DNA from: Chlamydiia bacterium
GTDB taxonomy: Bacteria > Chlamydiota > Chlamydiia > Chlamydiales > RGXB01
Direction of reading: 5' to 3'
Assembly (NCBI GenBank): GCA_040382515.1
Contig: JBEIFH010000022.1
Coordinates: forward strand, 1-16,896
DNA length: 16,896 bases
Shown: in pieces, positions 15,547 to 16,896 of the stretch
Layout of the letters: every line of letters begins with the position of its first letter
How positions within the stretch are numbered: the first letter of the stretch is position 1
Translations under genes and position numbers: made by a program
The notes under the pieces: generated by a model
What the model was told of the DNA's origin: nothing
The model's database searches: none
The model's input: the letters and a program-made list of their open reading frames with translations, nothing else

Positions 15547-15780
15547 CTATGACCACCTAGTAGAATGTTTGAGAATTTTTTCTAGGGAAAGATAGCCGTG
15601 CAAAAGATGTCCTACATCTTCAAATTCTGCAGGATTTGTCCCGTTATGAATCAGAGTTTTGAGCTCTTGAATCCTTTTTTCACTTTTTTCCTGGATTTCG
15701 GCCCTTTTTTTCGGGTCTTTGAGCTCGTTTTCCAAGTCGAACTTGAAAATTTCTCGCCCCGGTTTATTTTGTCCCAACAT
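15547..15780 (-). CDS. cdsE: Needle co-chaperone CdsE (CT665-like)
   Basis: 77 aa with FDLENELKD...RIQELKTLIHNG...F.....LLHGYLSLEKIL, the chlamydial CdsE pattern. It lies between cdsD and cdsF. Confidence 0.85.
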   Translation of the reverse strand: MLGQNKPGREIFKFDLENELKDPKKRAEIQEKSEKRIQELKTLIHNGTNPAEFEDVGHLLHGYLSLEKILKHSTRWS

Positions 15781-15823
15781 GTCTAACCAACATTTCTTCT
15801 TTTAAGTCTTTAAATCTCATAAG

Positions 15824-16896
15824 TTAAGAATTGAAGTCAATTTTATATTTTACCCCATCCTTTTCCAGTAAGATCTCTTTTGATGTGATCGCTGTGATCA
15901 GCATACCGTCGAGCATTTTTCCTTTAGAAAGAATTCTCCCGTTGATCAACACAAATGCCTCTATCCCATCTTTGATGGAGCTGCCATTCACTTGATATTT
16001 TGAGCTAATGTCTATTCGTGCTGAAGATTCACTTGTGAAGGTGATGATCGATTCGACATTTTCAACCCCTTTGATTTCGGTGATTTCATCGACGATTTTT
16101 TTGAACGTGCGCTCTTGCCCTTTTTCAACGGGTCCCGAAAGGACAAGTTCTCCCATCGAGTAGTTGAAGGAGACGGTTCCGAACCCGCTTCTTGTAAGAA
16201 TAGACTGGACCCTCTGTTGAATCAAAGCATTGATCACAAGTTCATTCTTAAGTTGGTTCAAATAGGTGAAATTGAGCGCTATGTACTCGAGGAGTTCGGC
16301 TTGCTGATCGATGGTTTCCAGGTAACCGCGCAAAACGAACTCTGCCGGCGCAATCGCCTGGATCAGGATCCCTTTCCAGTTTGGATTTGTCTGGATGAGT
16401 GCATTCGCATTTTGCCAGACCAGCTCATCGATAACCACCGTATCCTCTACATTTTTCAAAAAGGGGAGCTGATTGAGCAAAAAAAGCATCTCTTCATATT
16501 CAATTTCATTGAGAACATGACCTACCAGGAAAAGTTTTCCGGTGGGGGGATTGAATGTGTATTCAATTTTAGGGTAACGCTTGAGCACGGAGGCCACTTC
16601 ATCTTTTTGCCTGCTGAAAGAGACCGGAATTTCATGCGAGGAGAATAGTGACAGGAGGAAAAATGTGGAGACGATCACGACAAAAGCTAGAGCTCCGAAT
16701 CCAACGAGATGTTTGTAGGGGATCACCATTTTTTTGAAGGCCATTTCCCGACCCTCTTTTGTGTCGGTGTCTATTGGCTTCTCTTCAACAAACGGATTGA
16801 AAACCGTCTCTTCGATCATCTCTTTATCGACAAGGATCAGCTGCGTGGTGCCTAAAGAGATCAGGTCTTGCCCTTTGAGCTCGTATTGGCCCTCAA
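15824..16896 (-). CDS. sctD: Type III secretion inner-membrane ring protein CdsD/SctD (5'-partial)
   Basis: The frame stays open past the track's ATG (16819) to the window edge, giving EGQYELKGQDLISLGTTQLILVD, the end of an FHA domain. A TM helix (LVGFGALAFVVIVSTFFLLSLF), BON-like periplasmic domains and the C-terminal VLINGRILSKGKMLDGMLITAI...LEKDGVKYKIDF follow. Confidence 0.93.
   Translation of the reverse strand, partial: EGQYELKGQDLISLGTTQLILVDKEMIEETVFNPFVEEKPIDTDTKEGREMAFKKMVIPYKHLVGFGALAFVVIVSTFFLLSLFSSHEIPVSFSRQKDEVASVLKRYPKIEYTFNPPTGKLFLVGHVLNEIEYEEMLFLLNQLPFLKNVEDTVVIDELVWQNANALIQTNPNWKGILIQAIAPAEFVLRGYLETIDQQAELLEYIALNFTYLNQLKNELVINALIQQRVQSILTRSGFGTVSFNYSMGELVLSGPVEKGQERTFKKIVDEITEIKGVENVESIITFTSESSARIDISSKYQVNGSSIKDGIEAFVLINGRILSKGKMLDGMLITAITSKEILLEKDGVKYKIDFNS

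Noticed and set aside
1053..16648. Numerous plus-strand ORFs of 60-177 aa in the ORF track (e.g. 3733..4134, 12596..13000, 16115..16648)
   Set aside because: All lie antisense to well-supported minus-strand genes and show no recognisable motifs. The similar pair 3206..3457 and 3677..3943 simply mirrors the cdsC duplication.
16817..16819. ATG at 16819 as the start of cdsD
   Set aside because: The frame is open to the window end and encodes the tail of an FHA domain, so the gene begins outside the window.

Overview
This window holds the core type III secretion (injectisome) operon of a member of the Chlamydiota, all on the minus strand. It is probably an environmental, non-Chlamydiaceae lineage, but the family cannot be fixed from the sequence. 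The gene order follows the C. trachomatis CT664-CT674 cluster: cdsD (partial), cdsE, cdsF, cdsG, a CT668-like gene, cdsN, cdsO, cdsP, cdsQ, pkn5 and cdsC. A TPR/TM2-like lipoprotein and a YidD-like gene follow. The cluster departs from the canonical layout in several ways. (1) The secretin is 1327 aa with about 11 tandem periplasmic N-type domains, including a 486-bp tandem duplication. (2) The needle-length ruler CdsP carries a near-perfect 156-bp tandem duplication. (3) A second, short CdsP-like protein keeps essentially only the C-terminal switch domain. (4) A beta-carbonic anhydrase with a putative structured 5' leader is inserted between the two cdsP-like genes. (5) A signal-peptide-bearing HAD phosphatase with its own sigma66-type promoter is inserted between pkn5 and cdsC. 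Together these suggest an injectisome with remodelled dimensions and extra regulatory inputs. That interpretation is inference, and I ran no database searches.
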